Source: a candidate division WOR-3 bacterium (GTDB taxonomy: Bacteria > Hydrothermota > 32-111). From it: DNA of 64,000 bases. Below, one piece after another: positions 20,158 to 29,637 of this stretch; within the stretch, counting starts at the first letter, position 1, and each line of letters opens with the position of its first letter. Under the pieces are notes generated by a model. It was given only the letters and a program-made list of their open reading frames with translations, had not been told where the DNA came from and made no database searches. The position numbers and the translations under genes were made by a program. The DNA is taken from positions 704,001 to 768,000 of the forward strand of contig JBDRZU010000001.1 of NCBI GenBank assembly GCA_039804105.1, given 5' to 3'.

Positions 20158-21362
20158 AGCAACCTCATAATTATTTTCAAGATATATTTGTCCTTCATCA
20201 AACTACCCATAAAGTTTATAACCATACCTATCGCTTTAACTGAAGATTTAAAAGAATAAATCGTATAATAAAAATCTGATGAAAGTATTTTCTTACCATT
20301 GAAAAGATTTATCGCTGATGTAAAGAATTTATCCCTCTCCTCATCGGTCATTTCAAGCAACATCTCTCTTAACTGGTTCTGTTTTTTAATAGAGTAACTG
20401 TTATCCTTTTCAACAAGTTCCTGATATTGGGACATCCGCTTTGCTGAAAAATCTTTTCCTTTTAAAACGGTGTTTGCAACTATCGCTGCAAAGTTCGCCG
20501 TTCTTAAAGCATTATCTATACCACCACCTGTTATCGGATCAGCAGCTCTTGCACTATCACCTATAACCATAACCCTTTCAGAATACATTTTCGAAAGTTG
20601 ATTAACACTCACACATCCGGGAAATTCTCTTAAAATTTTTGCATCAGGATAATATTTTTGCCTGTATTCATTCAAAAGTTTGTAAGGTTTATCACAATCT
20701 ATAGAAGAAGTTATTCCTACTCCAAAGTTCGCTTCATTTTTTCCTCGTGGGAAAACCCAAAGATAACCACCTGGAGCAACCGACGGTGTGAAATCGAATA
20801 TTATCTCTTCATCATTTATTTTTGGATCATATATTATCTGCTGATAGCATGAATACATATCGTTAAGATTACAAACCGAGTTAATTCCAACTTTATATGG
20901 CAGATATGATTCAACTCCATCAGCTATTATGAGAATTTTTGCAAAATATTCTTCTCCATTTTCGAGTATAACTTTAACATAATCTTTTTCTACCTTGGCA
21001 TCAACGACAAAACTATTTGTTTTTATTTCAAAATTGTTTTCCTCTGTAACTTTCTGTGCAATAAACTTTTCAAACTTTGATCTATCTATTATAAGTCCCA
21101 TATCAGGTATATCAACATTCGCTTCAAGTTCTTTATATTTCACTTTCAGTTTTGTAAACCTGTTTCTTATGAAAGGGAAATCTGTCTCTTTAAAAAAATG
21201 TTTTAATGTGTTGTTCGAAATCCCTTCAGCACAGATTATAGGTTCTCCTATAATATCATCCTTTTCAAACACTATAACTTTATAGTTTTTATCTATCTTA
21301 TAAGCAGCATAAAGACCCGCAGGTCCACCACCAACAATGATCACATCATAATTTTTATCCAT
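20148..21362 (-). CDS. Geranylgeranyl reductase family FAD oxidoreductase (DGGR-like)
   Basis: YDVIIVGGGPAG, CAEGIS, IDRSKFE, IIADG, PGGYLWVFP (PxxYxWxFP), GDSA...DPITGGGI. Confidence 0.85.
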   Translation of the reverse strand: MDKNYDVIIVGGGPAGLYAAYKIDKNYKVIVFEKDDIIGEPIICAEGISNNTLKHFFKETDFPFIRNRFTKLKVKYKELEANVDIPDMGLIIDRSKFEKFIAQKVTEENNFEIKTNSFVVDAKVEKDYVKVILENGEEYFAKILIIADGVESYLPYKVGINSVCNLNDMYSCYQQIIYDPKINDEEIIFDFTPSVAPGGYLWVFPRGKNEANFGVGITSSIDCDKPYKLLNEYRQKYYPDAKILREFPGCVSVNQLSKMYSERVMVIGDSARAADPITGGGIDNALRTANFAAIVANTVLKGKDFSAKRMSQYQELVEKDNSYSIKKQNQLREMLLEMTDEERDKFFTSAINLFNGKKILSSDFYYTIYSFKSSVKAIGMVINFMGSLMKDKYILKIIMRLLWK

Positions 21363-21531
21363 TTTTACTCAACGCTCCTACTGGACAAACTTTTATACAT
21401 TTATCACATTTAACACAACCTTCGTTTATCTGTAACCTATTCTTATACATCACGATAACCTTCACCGGACAGACAGCAACACAACCACCACAAAGTCCAC
21501 ATTTATCTTTTTCTACTTTTATATATTCCAT
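21355..21531 (-). CDS. 2x[4Fe-4S] ferredoxin, 58 aa (not in ORF track)
   Basis: MEYIKVEKDKCGLCGGCVAVCPVKVIVMYKNRLQINEGCVKCDKCIKVCPVGALSKNG*, with two CxxCxxCxxxCP motifs. Confidence 0.93.
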   Translation of the reverse strand: MEYIKVEKDKCGLCGGCVAVCPVKVIVMYKNRLQINEGCVKCDKCIKVCPVGALSKNG

Positions 21532-21533
21532 AC

Positions 21534-24092
21534 CTACTCCAAAATTATCTTTTTCAAATTTTCTAACATATTTTCATCAAACTCTTTAGAAACAGAACTA
21601 CCTGACGCAAGATCTTTTCTTCCACCACCTTTTCCCTTTAATATCTGGTTGATTTTTTCTATCACTTTCTTTGCATCCAGGTCAGTATTTGAACTGAAAA
21701 CTAAATAATTTATCTTATCTTCATCCTTACTCAAAAGTGTTCCACACACATGTTTCTCTTTACTTTTAATATTATCCATAATTTTCTTAAGGATGTCAAT
21801 AGTATAACCCTCGAAAAATCCAAAAACAGAAAGGTTACCATTCATTTTCTTCCCTTCGGATATCAATCGATCGGTTATAGAATTTATTTCATAAGTTAAA
21901 TATTTTTCGTTCTCTTTTTTCAACCTGTTATTTTCTTCAATTATTTTTTCAAATCTTTTTTCGAATTCATTAACATCTTTGATCTTATGTTTCAAAAACA
22001 ACATTTCTATTTTGTCGTTCAACTCTTGATAACTCTTTAAAGCGTATAAAGAAGTAAGAGCTTCTATCCTTCTGATACCTGTTGCTATTGATTCCTCTTT
22101 AACTATTCTAAAAAGTCCTATCTCTCCGGTTCTTTCTACATGTGTGCCACCGCACAATTCTTTCGAAACATTTTTTATGGAAACAACTCTAACTTCTCTG
22201 TCATATTTTTCGTTGAAAAAAGCCAGAGCACCTTCTTTTATCGCTTCTTCATATGGCATAATCCTCTTTTCAACTGGAATATTCTGGGATATTATCTCGT
22301 TGACACTATTTTCTATCAACTCTTTCTCCTCATCAGTCAACGGTTTAAAATGTAAAAAATCAAATCTGAATCTATCATAAGATACAAAAGAACCTTCCTG
22401 CCTTACATGTTCTCCAAGAACCTTTCTTAAAACTGAATGTAAAATGTGAGTCGCTGTATGGTTTCTCTGTATGAGATATCTTCTTTTAATATCAACATTT
22501 TGTTTATAGATTTTCCCTTTTTCAAATTCACCTAAAATCTTCTTTCCGATGAGCATATTTCCAAGTGGTGATTTGATGCAGTTTAGAACTTCAAACTCAA
22601 ATTGATCAGAAAAAACTGTTCCTGTATCTGCTATCTGTCCACCAGATTCAGCATAAAAAGGTGTTTCTTTCATCAAGAGTTCATACAAAGAATCTCCAAG
22701 ATCTCTATATCTTAAAATATATGATTCATTCTCAAGTGTCTCATACCCAACAAACTTTGAAACATCATCTTCGAACACAACAAAATCTTTTTTTTCAAAA
22801 TCTGTAAACACTTTATCCTTCCTGGATCTTTCTCTTGCTTCCTCAAGTAGTTGTTCAAATCCATTCTGATCGATTTCAAGGTTATCCTCTTCAGCCATCT
22901 GTTTTAGAAGATCGATAGGAAATCCAAATGTATCATAAAGTAAAAATAATGTTTTTCCATCAACAATATTCCCTTTCAGATTTTTCTTATAATCGTTGTA
23001 AAGTTGCATTCCTTGACCTATAGTTTTTAAAAATCTCTCCTCTTCTGATTTTATTATATTCTTCACTTTATCAACTGTATATAAAAGATATGGGTATTGA
23101 GTTTTCATTATTTTAACCACCTCAGATGTAAGATCATAAAGGAATGGTTTCTCTATCCCCATTTTAAATCCAAACCTAACCGCTCTTCTAAGAACTCTTC
23201 TAATAACATAACCTCGTCCCTCATTTTCAGGTATCACACCATCTGAGATTGAAAATGTAAGGGCTCTTATGTGGTCAGCTATAGAGTTTATCTCTTTTTT
23301 ATACTTTTCATAATCAAGATTGTATGTTTCAGAAAGTGTATTTATGATCGGCTTAAACAGATCAGTTTCGAAAATCGACTTTTTATTCTGCATGACAGTA
23401 GCAAGTCGTTCGAGTCCCATTCCAGTATCAACCCCTTTATTTTTAAGCAAAGTCCTATTTCCAGAACTATCCTGGTTGAACTGAGGGAAAACTATGTTCC
23501 ATATTTCAACATATCTTTTACAATCGTTTTCGATAGAACATGGTTTCTTATTTTCAAGTTCTTTCCCAAAATCATAAAATATTTCAGTTGAAGGCCCACA
23601 AGCACCTGTCCCTCCTGCTGGTCCCCAGAAATTCGTTCTGTCATCCATTTTGATTATTCTTTCAACTGGAATTTTTATAATATCCTTCCATATCCTGTAA
23701 GCTTCACTATCATCCTTATGAACAGTTACAAACAGTTTATCTTTATCTATCTTCAACTCATCAGTTAAAAACTCCCATCCCCATTTTATAGCTTCAAGTT
23801 GGAAGTAATCGTTGAAGGAAAAATTCCCAAGCATTTCAAAAAAAGTATCATGAAAAGGTGAAATCCCAACCTCTTCTAGATCAACCACCCTTAAACATTT
23901 TTGAATCGATGTGGCTCTTTTAAAATCAAAATCAACAAGACCTGCAAACATTGGCTTAAATTGAACCATTCCAGCAACAGTGAAAAGAAGTGTAGGGTCA
24001 TTTTCGGGTATTAAAGATGATGATTCAAAAACTCTATGCTCTCTATCCTTAAAAAATTTGATAAACTTTTCTCTTAAAATCTGACTTTCCAC
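21534..24092 (-). CDS. alaS: Alanine--tRNA ligase
   Basis: DPTLLFTVAGMVQFK, FFEMLGNFSF, DTGMGLER, HTATH, ELCGGTH, GKGGGR. Confidence 0.98.
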   Translation of the reverse strand: MESQILREKFIKFFKDREHRVFESSSLIPENDPTLLFTVAGMVQFKPMFAGLVDFDFKRATSIQKCLRVVDLEEVGISPFHDTFFEMLGNFSFNDYFQLEAIKWGWEFLTDELKIDKDKLFVTVHKDDSEAYRIWKDIIKIPVERIIKMDDRTNFWGPAGGTGACGPSTEIFYDFGKELENKKPCSIENDCKRYVEIWNIVFPQFNQDSSGNRTLLKNKGVDTGMGLERLATVMQNKKSIFETDLFKPIINTLSETYNLDYEKYKKEINSIADHIRALTFSISDGVIPENEGRGYVIRRVLRRAVRFGFKMGIEKPFLYDLTSEVVKIMKTQYPYLLYTVDKVKNIIKSEEERFLKTIGQGMQLYNDYKKNLKGNIVDGKTLFLLYDTFGFPIDLLKQMAEEDNLEIDQNGFEQLLEEARERSRKDKVFTDFEKKDFVVFEDDVSKFVGYETLENESYILRYRDLGDSLYELLMKETPFYAESGGQIADTGTVFSDQFEFEVLNCIKSPLGNMLIGKKILGEFEKGKIYKQNVDIKRRYLIQRNHTATHILHSVLRKVLGEHVRQEGSFVSYDRFRFDFLHFKPLTDEEKELIENSVNEIISQNIPVEKRIMPYEEAIKEGALAFFNEKYDREVRVVSIKNVSKELCGGTHVERTGEIGLFRIVKEESIATGIRRIEALTSLYALKSYQELNDKIEMLFLKHKIKDVNEFEKRFEKIIEENNRLKKENEKYLTYEINSITDRLISEGKKMNGNLSVFGFFEGYTIDILKKIMDNIKSKEKHVCGTLLSKDEDKINYLVFSSNTDLDAKKVIEKINQILKGKGGGRKDLASGSSVSKEFDENMLENLKKIILE

Positions 24093-24095
24093 ATT

Positions 24096-24821
24096 TCACC
24101 TCTTTTTGATTAGATTTTTTAAAAGTATCCAATAGTATTGCAATTTTATATAAATATGCAAAACCATCAATAATATAAAAATAATCCCTGTAAAATTATG
24201 AAGATATACAAGTTTTGCAATATTTTTAAGATGAACCATTCCATACTCTCTTAATACAAGTAAAAGAGAGGTAAAGAGAACTGGAACAAAAATTATTATC
24301 AACAGAATGTTAACTATTCTGTTTATATCGCAAACATCAACGGGGATTTTTTTTCTTTTTGAAAAATAGATAAGCACCATCCCAAAAAGAAACAGAGGGA
24401 GAAGAACGAATATAAAATATTTATCACCCTCACTATAGGATTCATCCAAATTATCTTTTTTTTCATGTTCGTAAGCTGTTGGCAAATTTGTATCAGTTTT
24501 TTCAACTGGATTAAAATTTTTATATTCTGGCTGATTCTGTTCAGTTTCATGACCAGTCAAATTTTCCTGAACTTTTGCTTCATCCGTTTTTTCCTCTAAA
24601 ACCGTTTCACTTTTGTTATCAGTGCTAACATTCAAATTCGTATCCTGAACACTATCAGTAAGTTCCTGTGAAAGATCACATATAGAATCATTATTTTCAT
24701 CTGTATATCTACCACATCTTCCCGGATATGGATCATTTTTTTCATCAAATGGACAATATCTTTCAGCAAAGATGTGAACGATAACAAATATCATTAAAAA
24801 TGTTAGTACTATTTTTTTCAT
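24096..24821 (-). CDS. Membrane protein with N-terminal Cys motif and His-containing C-terminal TM bundle (DUF4405-like)
   Basis: Signal peptide, CPFDEKNDPYPGRCGRYTDENNDSICD, acidic linker, 3 TMs with LH...LH. Confidence 0.6.
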   Translation of the reverse strand: MKKIVLTFLMIFVIVHIFAERYCPFDEKNDPYPGRCGRYTDENNDSICDLSQELTDSVQDTNLNVSTDNKSETVLEEKTDEAKVQENLTGHETEQNQPEYKNFNPVEKTDTNLPTAYEHEKKDNLDESYSEGDKYFIFVLLPLFLFGMVLIYFSKRKKIPVDVCDINRIVNILLIIIFVPVLFTSLLLVLREYGMVHLKNIAKLVYLHNFTGIIFILLMVLHIYIKLQYYWILLKNLIKKR

Positions 24822-24854
24822 AGGTTTATAAAATATCACAAGAAGGATAAATTG

Positions 24855-25574
24855 TCAATGTTTATAGATCTTTCTATAACCCTTTAAAAATCTTATCCTC
24901 TCCTCTTTAGAAAATCTTTCAGTTGCATAATTTATTGTTATAGAAGAAAGATCTTCATAATTTTCGTTTAAAAATTTTTTCAAGATATTTTCACCACAAT
25001 TTTTTCCAACTTCTCTTAACATCCAACCTGTTGCTTTTTTCAAAAGTTCATTTTGATCCTTGATCAATTTTTTTAAAATCTTTAAAGGAAAATCACATTT
25101 TTTTCTTTTTATAAAATAGAACAGTGAAACAATAGAGATTCTCTTCTCCCATAAATTTTTAGAATCTGAAAGTTTTTCTATTATACCGTATTCATTATTT
25201 TCAAAAGAGTATCTTCCAAGAATTCTATAAGATGAAGTATCAACAAGATCCCAGTTGTTAACATATTTTAAGTTTTTAAGATAAAAATCTAAAATTTTTT
25301 CTTTTTCCTCTAAACTTTTCTCATACTTCATGACAAGTATATTCAAAGCAAGAAATCTTACCTCATGGTATTCTGAAGATATCAGGTTCTGTAAAACTTT
25401 CCAATCAACATCTTTATATTTCTTTGCAAAGAATTTTAAAGTTGGTGTATCTATCCCCAAGAATTCATCACCTTCTCCATACTCTCCCTTTTTCGTTTTG
25501 AAAAATCTTTTGTACACCATCTTTTTTTCTTCATCCTTCAATTCAAACAACTCTTTTAAAATTTTTGAATACAT
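24855..25574 (-). CDS. DNA alkylation repair protein (AlkD-like)
   Basis: RFFKT..GEYGEGDEFLG, NNWDLVD, KATGWMLREVGK. Confidence 0.9.
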   Translation of the reverse strand: MYSKILKELFELKDEEKKMVYKRFFKTKKGEYGEGDEFLGIDTPTLKFFAKKYKDVDWKVLQNLISSEYHEVRFLALNILVMKYEKSLEEKEKILDFYLKNLKYVNNWDLVDTSSYRILGRYSFENNEYGIIEKLSDSKNLWEKRISIVSLFYFIKRKKCDFPLKILKKLIKDQNELLKKATGWMLREVGKNCGENILKKFLNENYEDLSSITINYATERFSKEERIRFLKGYRKIYKH

Positions 25575-25579
25575 CTTTA

Positions 25580-26560
25580 TTAATAACCTTTTTCAAGATC
25601 AACTATATTTTTTAGTTTTTTTCCTTCAATGAGATTTTTAATATTTTCAATTGTAAAATCTACATCACCTTTTTCCGCCTCCTCTGTGTGTGCACCTTTA
25701 TGGGGTGATATTACAACATTCTCGAGTTCATATATCGGATAGGTCGAAGGTGGTTTTTTGTTCTCTTCTCCATCTTTTGGATAATTATACCAAACATCAA
25801 GTGCAGCACCTTTTAAAATTTTATTCTTTAAACTTTCATATAAAACTTTTTCATCAATTATTCTTCCTCTTGAAACATTCACAAGATATTTTCCCTCAAG
25901 TAAAGAAATATTCTTTTCATTTATTAAATTTTCACTCTCTTTCGTCAAAGGTAATGTTAATAAAACTATTTGACCAAACTTTAAACCTTCAGATAAATTA
26001 TCTGTTATAAAATCAAAATTTTCGAGATTCTCGTTTTTTTCAAGTTTTCTTTTCACTCCCATTATTTTGCAGTTAAAAACCTTTAGCAAACGAGCGAGTT
26101 CCTTTCCAATACTTCCTGTTCCAACTATGGTACATTTTTTTTCGCGTATCGTATCCCAGTATTCTTTGTAAAGTCCATCCCTATGCCAGATCCCTTTTTT
26201 AAGATCTTTATGAAAAATAACGATCTTTCCAAGAAGTGCAAGAGTCAATGCGAAAGCCCTTTCAGCAACATATTTTGTATTCTCATGAGAATTACAAACA
26301 ACAACATCTCTTTCTTTAAGAGTATCAAGCGGAAAATTGTTTAAACCAGCGTAGGGAACAAAAAGATATTTTAAATTTTTCGAAAATTCTATCTGCTCTT
26401 TTTTTAAACGATAAGTTATGAGAACATGTGTAAATTCGATTTCTTCCTTTTCAAATTCTCTTTTAACTTCTTTGAAAAGATGCTCTTTATAATTATGTTT
26501 CAATTCTTCTATCTTTTTTTTCCAGTATTCAGATGAACAACCTGCAAAAGTTATTTCCAT
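25580..26560 (-). CDS. D-isomer-specific 2-hydroxyacid dehydrogenase
   Basis: VGTGSIG, LPLT, NVSRG, ALDVW, SPH. Confidence 0.9.
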   Translation of the reverse strand: MEITFAGCSSEYWKKKIEELKHNYKEHLFKEVKREFEKEEIEFTHVLITYRLKKEQIEFSKNLKYLFVPYAGLNNFPLDTLKERDVVVCNSHENTKYVAERAFALTLALLGKIVIFHKDLKKGIWHRDGLYKEYWDTIREKKCTIVGTGSIGKELARLLKVFNCKIMGVKRKLEKNENLENFDFITDNLSEGLKFGQIVLLTLPLTKESENLINEKNISLLEGKYLVNVSRGRIIDEKVLYESLKNKILKGAALDVWYNYPKDGEENKKPPSTYPIYELENVVISPHKGAHTEEAEKGDVDFTIENIKNLIEGKKLKNIVDLEKGY

Positions 26561-26709
26561 AGAAATTATACTATCCGATTTATTCTTTTAGTCAACATTT
26601 GAAATTATAAAACTGATGATGTTATTGAATGAGACCAAAAAATCTATTTAATTCTTTCATCTAAAATGTTTCCAATATATTTTTTTATAAAAAGCCACCT
26701 ATATCTCTA

Positions 26710-26737
26710 TTGACAAAAAGAGGTTTAAATATATAAT
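26710..26737 (+). promoter_or_regulatory. sigma70 promoter of rpsT
   Basis: Perfect TTGACA-16 bp-TATAAT, AGGAGG at 26751-26756. Confidence 0.8.
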
Positions 26738-26760
26738 AAAGCAAAAAAATAGGAGGTAGT

Positions 26761-27012
26761 TTGCCAAAAAGTAAAGCGCAGGAAAAATCAGTCAGACAGA
26801 ATAAGGTTAGAAGAGAAAGAAACAGAAAAGAGAAGGAAAAAATCAAAAAGATTATGAAACAGGCACTTAAAGCCACAAGTGAGGAAGAAAAAATTAAGAT
26901 ATTAAAAGAAGGTTACAAAATAATAGACAAAGCTGCTTCAAAAAATGTTATAAAGAAAAACAATGCTGCAAGAAAAAAATCAAAAATTGCAAAAATTTTA
27001 AAAGTTAAATAA
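26761..27012 (+). CDS. rpsT: 30S ribosomal protein S20
   Basis: K..EKSVRQN..RR.RN...IDKAASKNVIKKNNAARKKS, TTG start. Confidence 0.95.
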   Translation: MPKSKAQEKSVRQNKVRRERNRKEKEKIKKIMKQALKATSEEEKIKILKEGYKIIDKAASKNVIKKNNAARKKSKIAKILKVK

Positions 27013-27017
27013 TCAAT

Positions 27018-27047
27018 AAAAAAACTCCGCATAAAAGCGGAGTTTTT
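27018..27047. terminator. Bidirectional intrinsic terminator between rpsT and tonB
   Basis: AAAAACTCCGC-ataaaa-GCGGAGTTTTT hairpin with A/T tails on both sides. Confidence 0.85.
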
Positions 27048-27071
27048 AATTTCCAACTTTTTATAAATATT

Positions 27072-27689
27072 TTATTTTGTTAATCTGAAAGTTATAGGAT
27101 ATGTTACATAACATCTTATAGGTAAATCTCTCGTCATCGCAGGAGACCATTTCAACTGGTATGCTGCCTTAACTGCAGCCTCATCAAGTAATGGATGAAC
27201 GCTTTTTAAAACTTTTACCTGTGATACTGTTCCATCCTTTTCAACAACAAGTTCAAGAAATACTGTTCCTTCAATTCCAAGTTGTCTCGCCATCTGTGGA
27301 TATTCAGGATCTATTCTTTGAATCAACTGTGGTGCCTGTTCATATATTCTAAAGATTTCACCTTCATATTTTTCAATATTTAGATCCTCTGTTTCAAATG
27401 TTGTCTGAATATCTATATTTTTTGTTACCTCTGATTCTTTCGTTGTTTCAACAATCTTTTTTGGGAGTTGAGGTTTTGAGATTTCTTGAGGTTCATTTAT
27501 TTTCTGTATCTGATCAGGTAACTTCTCCATTACGACTACATCCTTTTTCTCCTTCATTTTGTAGGGATTCGTTTTCAGTTTTGGAATAAAAAGGAAAAGT
27601 ATTATGAAAAGTATAAGTGTGGTCAAAAGTGATGATTTCACGAATGTAGGATACTTTTCTTTCAAATCATTTCTAATAAATTTTTCCAT
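27072..27689 (-). CDS. tonB: Energy transducer TonB
   Basis: N-terminal TM. C-terminal PEYPQMARQLGIEGTV...GTV...LDEAA...PITF. Confidence 0.9.
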   Translation of the reverse strand: MEKFIRNDLKEKYPTFVKSSLLTTLILFIILFLFIPKLKTNPYKMKEKKDVVVMEKLPDQIQKINEPQEISKPQLPKKIVETTKESEVTKNIDIQTTFETEDLNIEKYEGEIFRIYEQAPQLIQRIDPEYPQMARQLGIEGTVFLELVVEKDGTVSQVKVLKSVHPLLDEAAVKAAYQLKWSPAMTRDLPIRCYVTYPITFRLTK

Positions 27690-27697
27690 ATGCTCTC

Positions 27698-28126
27698 CTA
27701 TTTGATCGCATTGACTTTCTTAGCACTTAAAGAAACATGAAGAGCGTTCGCTTTTATAAGTTGACCAAAAACATCGTTTGATATCCAATAAGGAGTATTC
27801 TTATCAGCCATTATCGAAACTATCAGATTTGGGTTAACTCTCTTTTTCTGTTCTATTATGTTTTTTATCTGTCCTATTGGAACGATTCTGTCATCTATGG
27901 ATACAACTCCCCTATCTCCATCGTAGCCAATCCAAACATGAGCAAGGTTTTTTGTTTCAATCTTTTTAGATGATAACGCCTGTGGAAGATCTATTCTTAA
28001 TCCCTGTTCAGTTCTGAACACTGTTGTCACCATAAAGAATATGAGAAGGAGAAAAACTATATCTGAAGTTGTTGATGTTGGAATCGAAGGTGATGTTTCT
28101 TCAACTTTTCCAAAATGTTTTTTCAT
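27698..28126 (-). CDS. exbD: Biopolymer transport protein ExbD
   Basis: DIVFLLLIFFMVTT, MADK. Confidence 0.9.
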   Translation of the reverse strand: MKKHFGKVEETSPSIPTSTTSDIVFLLLIFFMVTTVFRTEQGLRIDLPQALSSKKIETKNLAHVWIGYDGDRGVVSIDDRIVPIGQIKNIIEQKKRVNPNLIVSIMADKNTPYWISNDVFGQLIKANALHVSLSAKKVNAIK

Positions 28127-28135
28127 CTTTCCTCC

Positions 28136-28573
28136 TTACATCTCATCATCTTCTGCTGGAGATAGAGATATTTTCTCTTTCTTCTGTGCTTTTTCAAACG
28201 CTATTTTCAATTGGTCAAAAACTCTTATCATATAATCATATTTAGCAGATCTTGTTGGTATTATAGAAAATATCAAGGAATCTCCATTTGGTTGATTTAA
28301 AAGTTCCATCGCTTTATCAGAAACCGCTGTCCATTCGACCGGATCATTTTCTATTCTAACATCTCCAAACCTGTTTATTCTAACATGTACGATATTCTTT
28401 GATAAGACTGTGATCGTCTCTTTTGATTCTTCAGGTAACACTATTTGAAGCCCCATCTCAGTGTTAAAACTTGATGTCACAAGAAAGAATATGAGCATCA
28501 AAAAAGTGATATCACCCAAAGATGCTGTTGGAATATCAGGTTTTTGGAGTGTCTTTTTTCTTTTAAATAACAT
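28136..28573 (-). CDS. exbD: Biopolymer transport protein ExbD
   Basis: DITFLMLIFFLVTS. Confidence 0.88.
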   Translation of the reverse strand: MLFKRKKTLQKPDIPTASLGDITFLMLIFFLVTSSFNTEMGLQIVLPEESKETITVLSKNIVHVRINRFGDVRIENDPVEWTAVSDKAMELLNQPNGDSLIFSIIPTRSAKYDYMIRVFDQLKIAFEKAQKKEKISLSPAEDDEM

Positions 28574-28585
28574 ATTATCTCCTGA

Positions 28586-29212
28586 TTATGCTTCCTCTAT
28601 CTCCAAACTCATCAAAATTTCAACTATTTTGTTCGATGCATCTTCAAGTGTTCTCGAATAACCGTTCACAACTGTCTGAAAATATGTGAATGCTGCAGAA
28701 ACTGGTATTGCGATCACAAGACCTGTAAGGGTTGTTATCAGTGCCTCTGAAATACCACTTGCAACGAGTTTTGGTTCAACAGTTCCCGCAAGTGCTATAG
28801 CATCGAATGCGTTTATCATTCCTGAAACCGTTCCCAAGAATCCAAGCATTGGAGCAAGTGTTATAACTGCTGATAAGAATGGCATTCCTCTATCAAGGAA
28901 AGCGAGTTCTGTCACACCTGCTTTTGCTATTGCATCCTCAATAGCACCTTTATCCTTTCCAACATATTGAAACTCTGTCAAAGCTGCCTCAATAACTCTT
29001 GCAAAAGGACTTGGATTTTTTGCACAATATTGTATTGCAGCTTCTATTCCCTCTTTCTCTATTTTATTCTTTAACTCTTCAACAAACTTCTTTGGATTCT
29101 TGTTCATTATAAGAAGAGTTACGAATCTTTCAATGATAAAAACAACTCCAATGATAGCGCATGCGAGTAGTGGCCACATTGTCCATCCACCTCTCTGGAA
29201 TAAATCTAACAC
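28586..29212 (-). CDS. exbB: MotA/TolQ/ExbB proton channel
   Basis: APMLGFLGTVSGMI.AF, GISEALITT..GL.IAIP. Confidence 0.92.
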   Translation of the reverse strand: MLDLFQRGGWTMWPLLACAIIGVVFIIERFVTLLIMNKNPKKFVEELKNKIEKEGIEAAIQYCAKNPSPFARVIEAALTEFQYVGKDKGAIEDAIAKAGVTELAFLDRGMPFLSAVITLAPMLGFLGTVSGMINAFDAIALAGTVEPKLVASGISEALITTLTGLVIAIPVSAAFTYFQTVVNGYSRTLEDASNKIVEILMSLEIEEA

Positions 29213-29255
29213 AACTTCCTCCTGGTTAATTTTAGTTTATCTTTTTAAGTAGTTA

Positions 29256-29283
29256 ATTATACTTTTTAATCCAATTTTGTCAA
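29256..29283 (-). promoter_or_regulatory. sigma70 promoter of exbB-exbD-exbD-tonB
   Basis: Perfect TTGACA-16 bp-TATAAT. Confidence 0.75.
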
Positions 29284-29286
29284 TAA

Positions 29287-29637
29287 TTATCTTGTTGACC
29301 AAATATAGTATATCAAAGAAGCGAGTATTGCAAAAAGTCCGGCAAGAAGGATCATCAGTCCTTCAAGTGATCCAACCTGCATCGTCTTTGCTATCTGGGG
29401 CAAAAGATCGTAGGGGTTTGATCTTGCTAGTGCTGGGAAATAAACTGTAAGTTTGATTATATGTACCACAGCGCCAACAAGCACCAGAATACTACCTAAA
29501 ATTTCAAGAACCCATATTGATGGTTTTCTTATTATTTTCAACAACCTTTTCAAAATTAAAGCTGAGATGAATAGAGATATTGAAAAAAGTATTATCCCTA
29601 TGGCAAGCATTATTTCCGCTGGGAATAAAACTTTCAT
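29287..29637 (-). CDS. Small 3-TM hypothetical membrane protein
   Basis: Three hydrophobic segments, ATGA-coupled to the upstream gene. Confidence 0.7.
   Translation of the reverse strand: MKVLFPAEIMLAIGIILFSISLFISALILKRLLKIIRKPSIWVLEILGSILVLVGAVVHIIKLTVYFPALARSNPYDLLPQIAKTMQVGSLEGLMILLAGLFAILASLIYYIWSTR

Noticed and set aside
27072..29283. exbB-exbD-exbD-tonB as part of the GlmL operon
   Set aside because: It has its own perfect consensus promoter at 29256-29283, and this gene arrangement is common.
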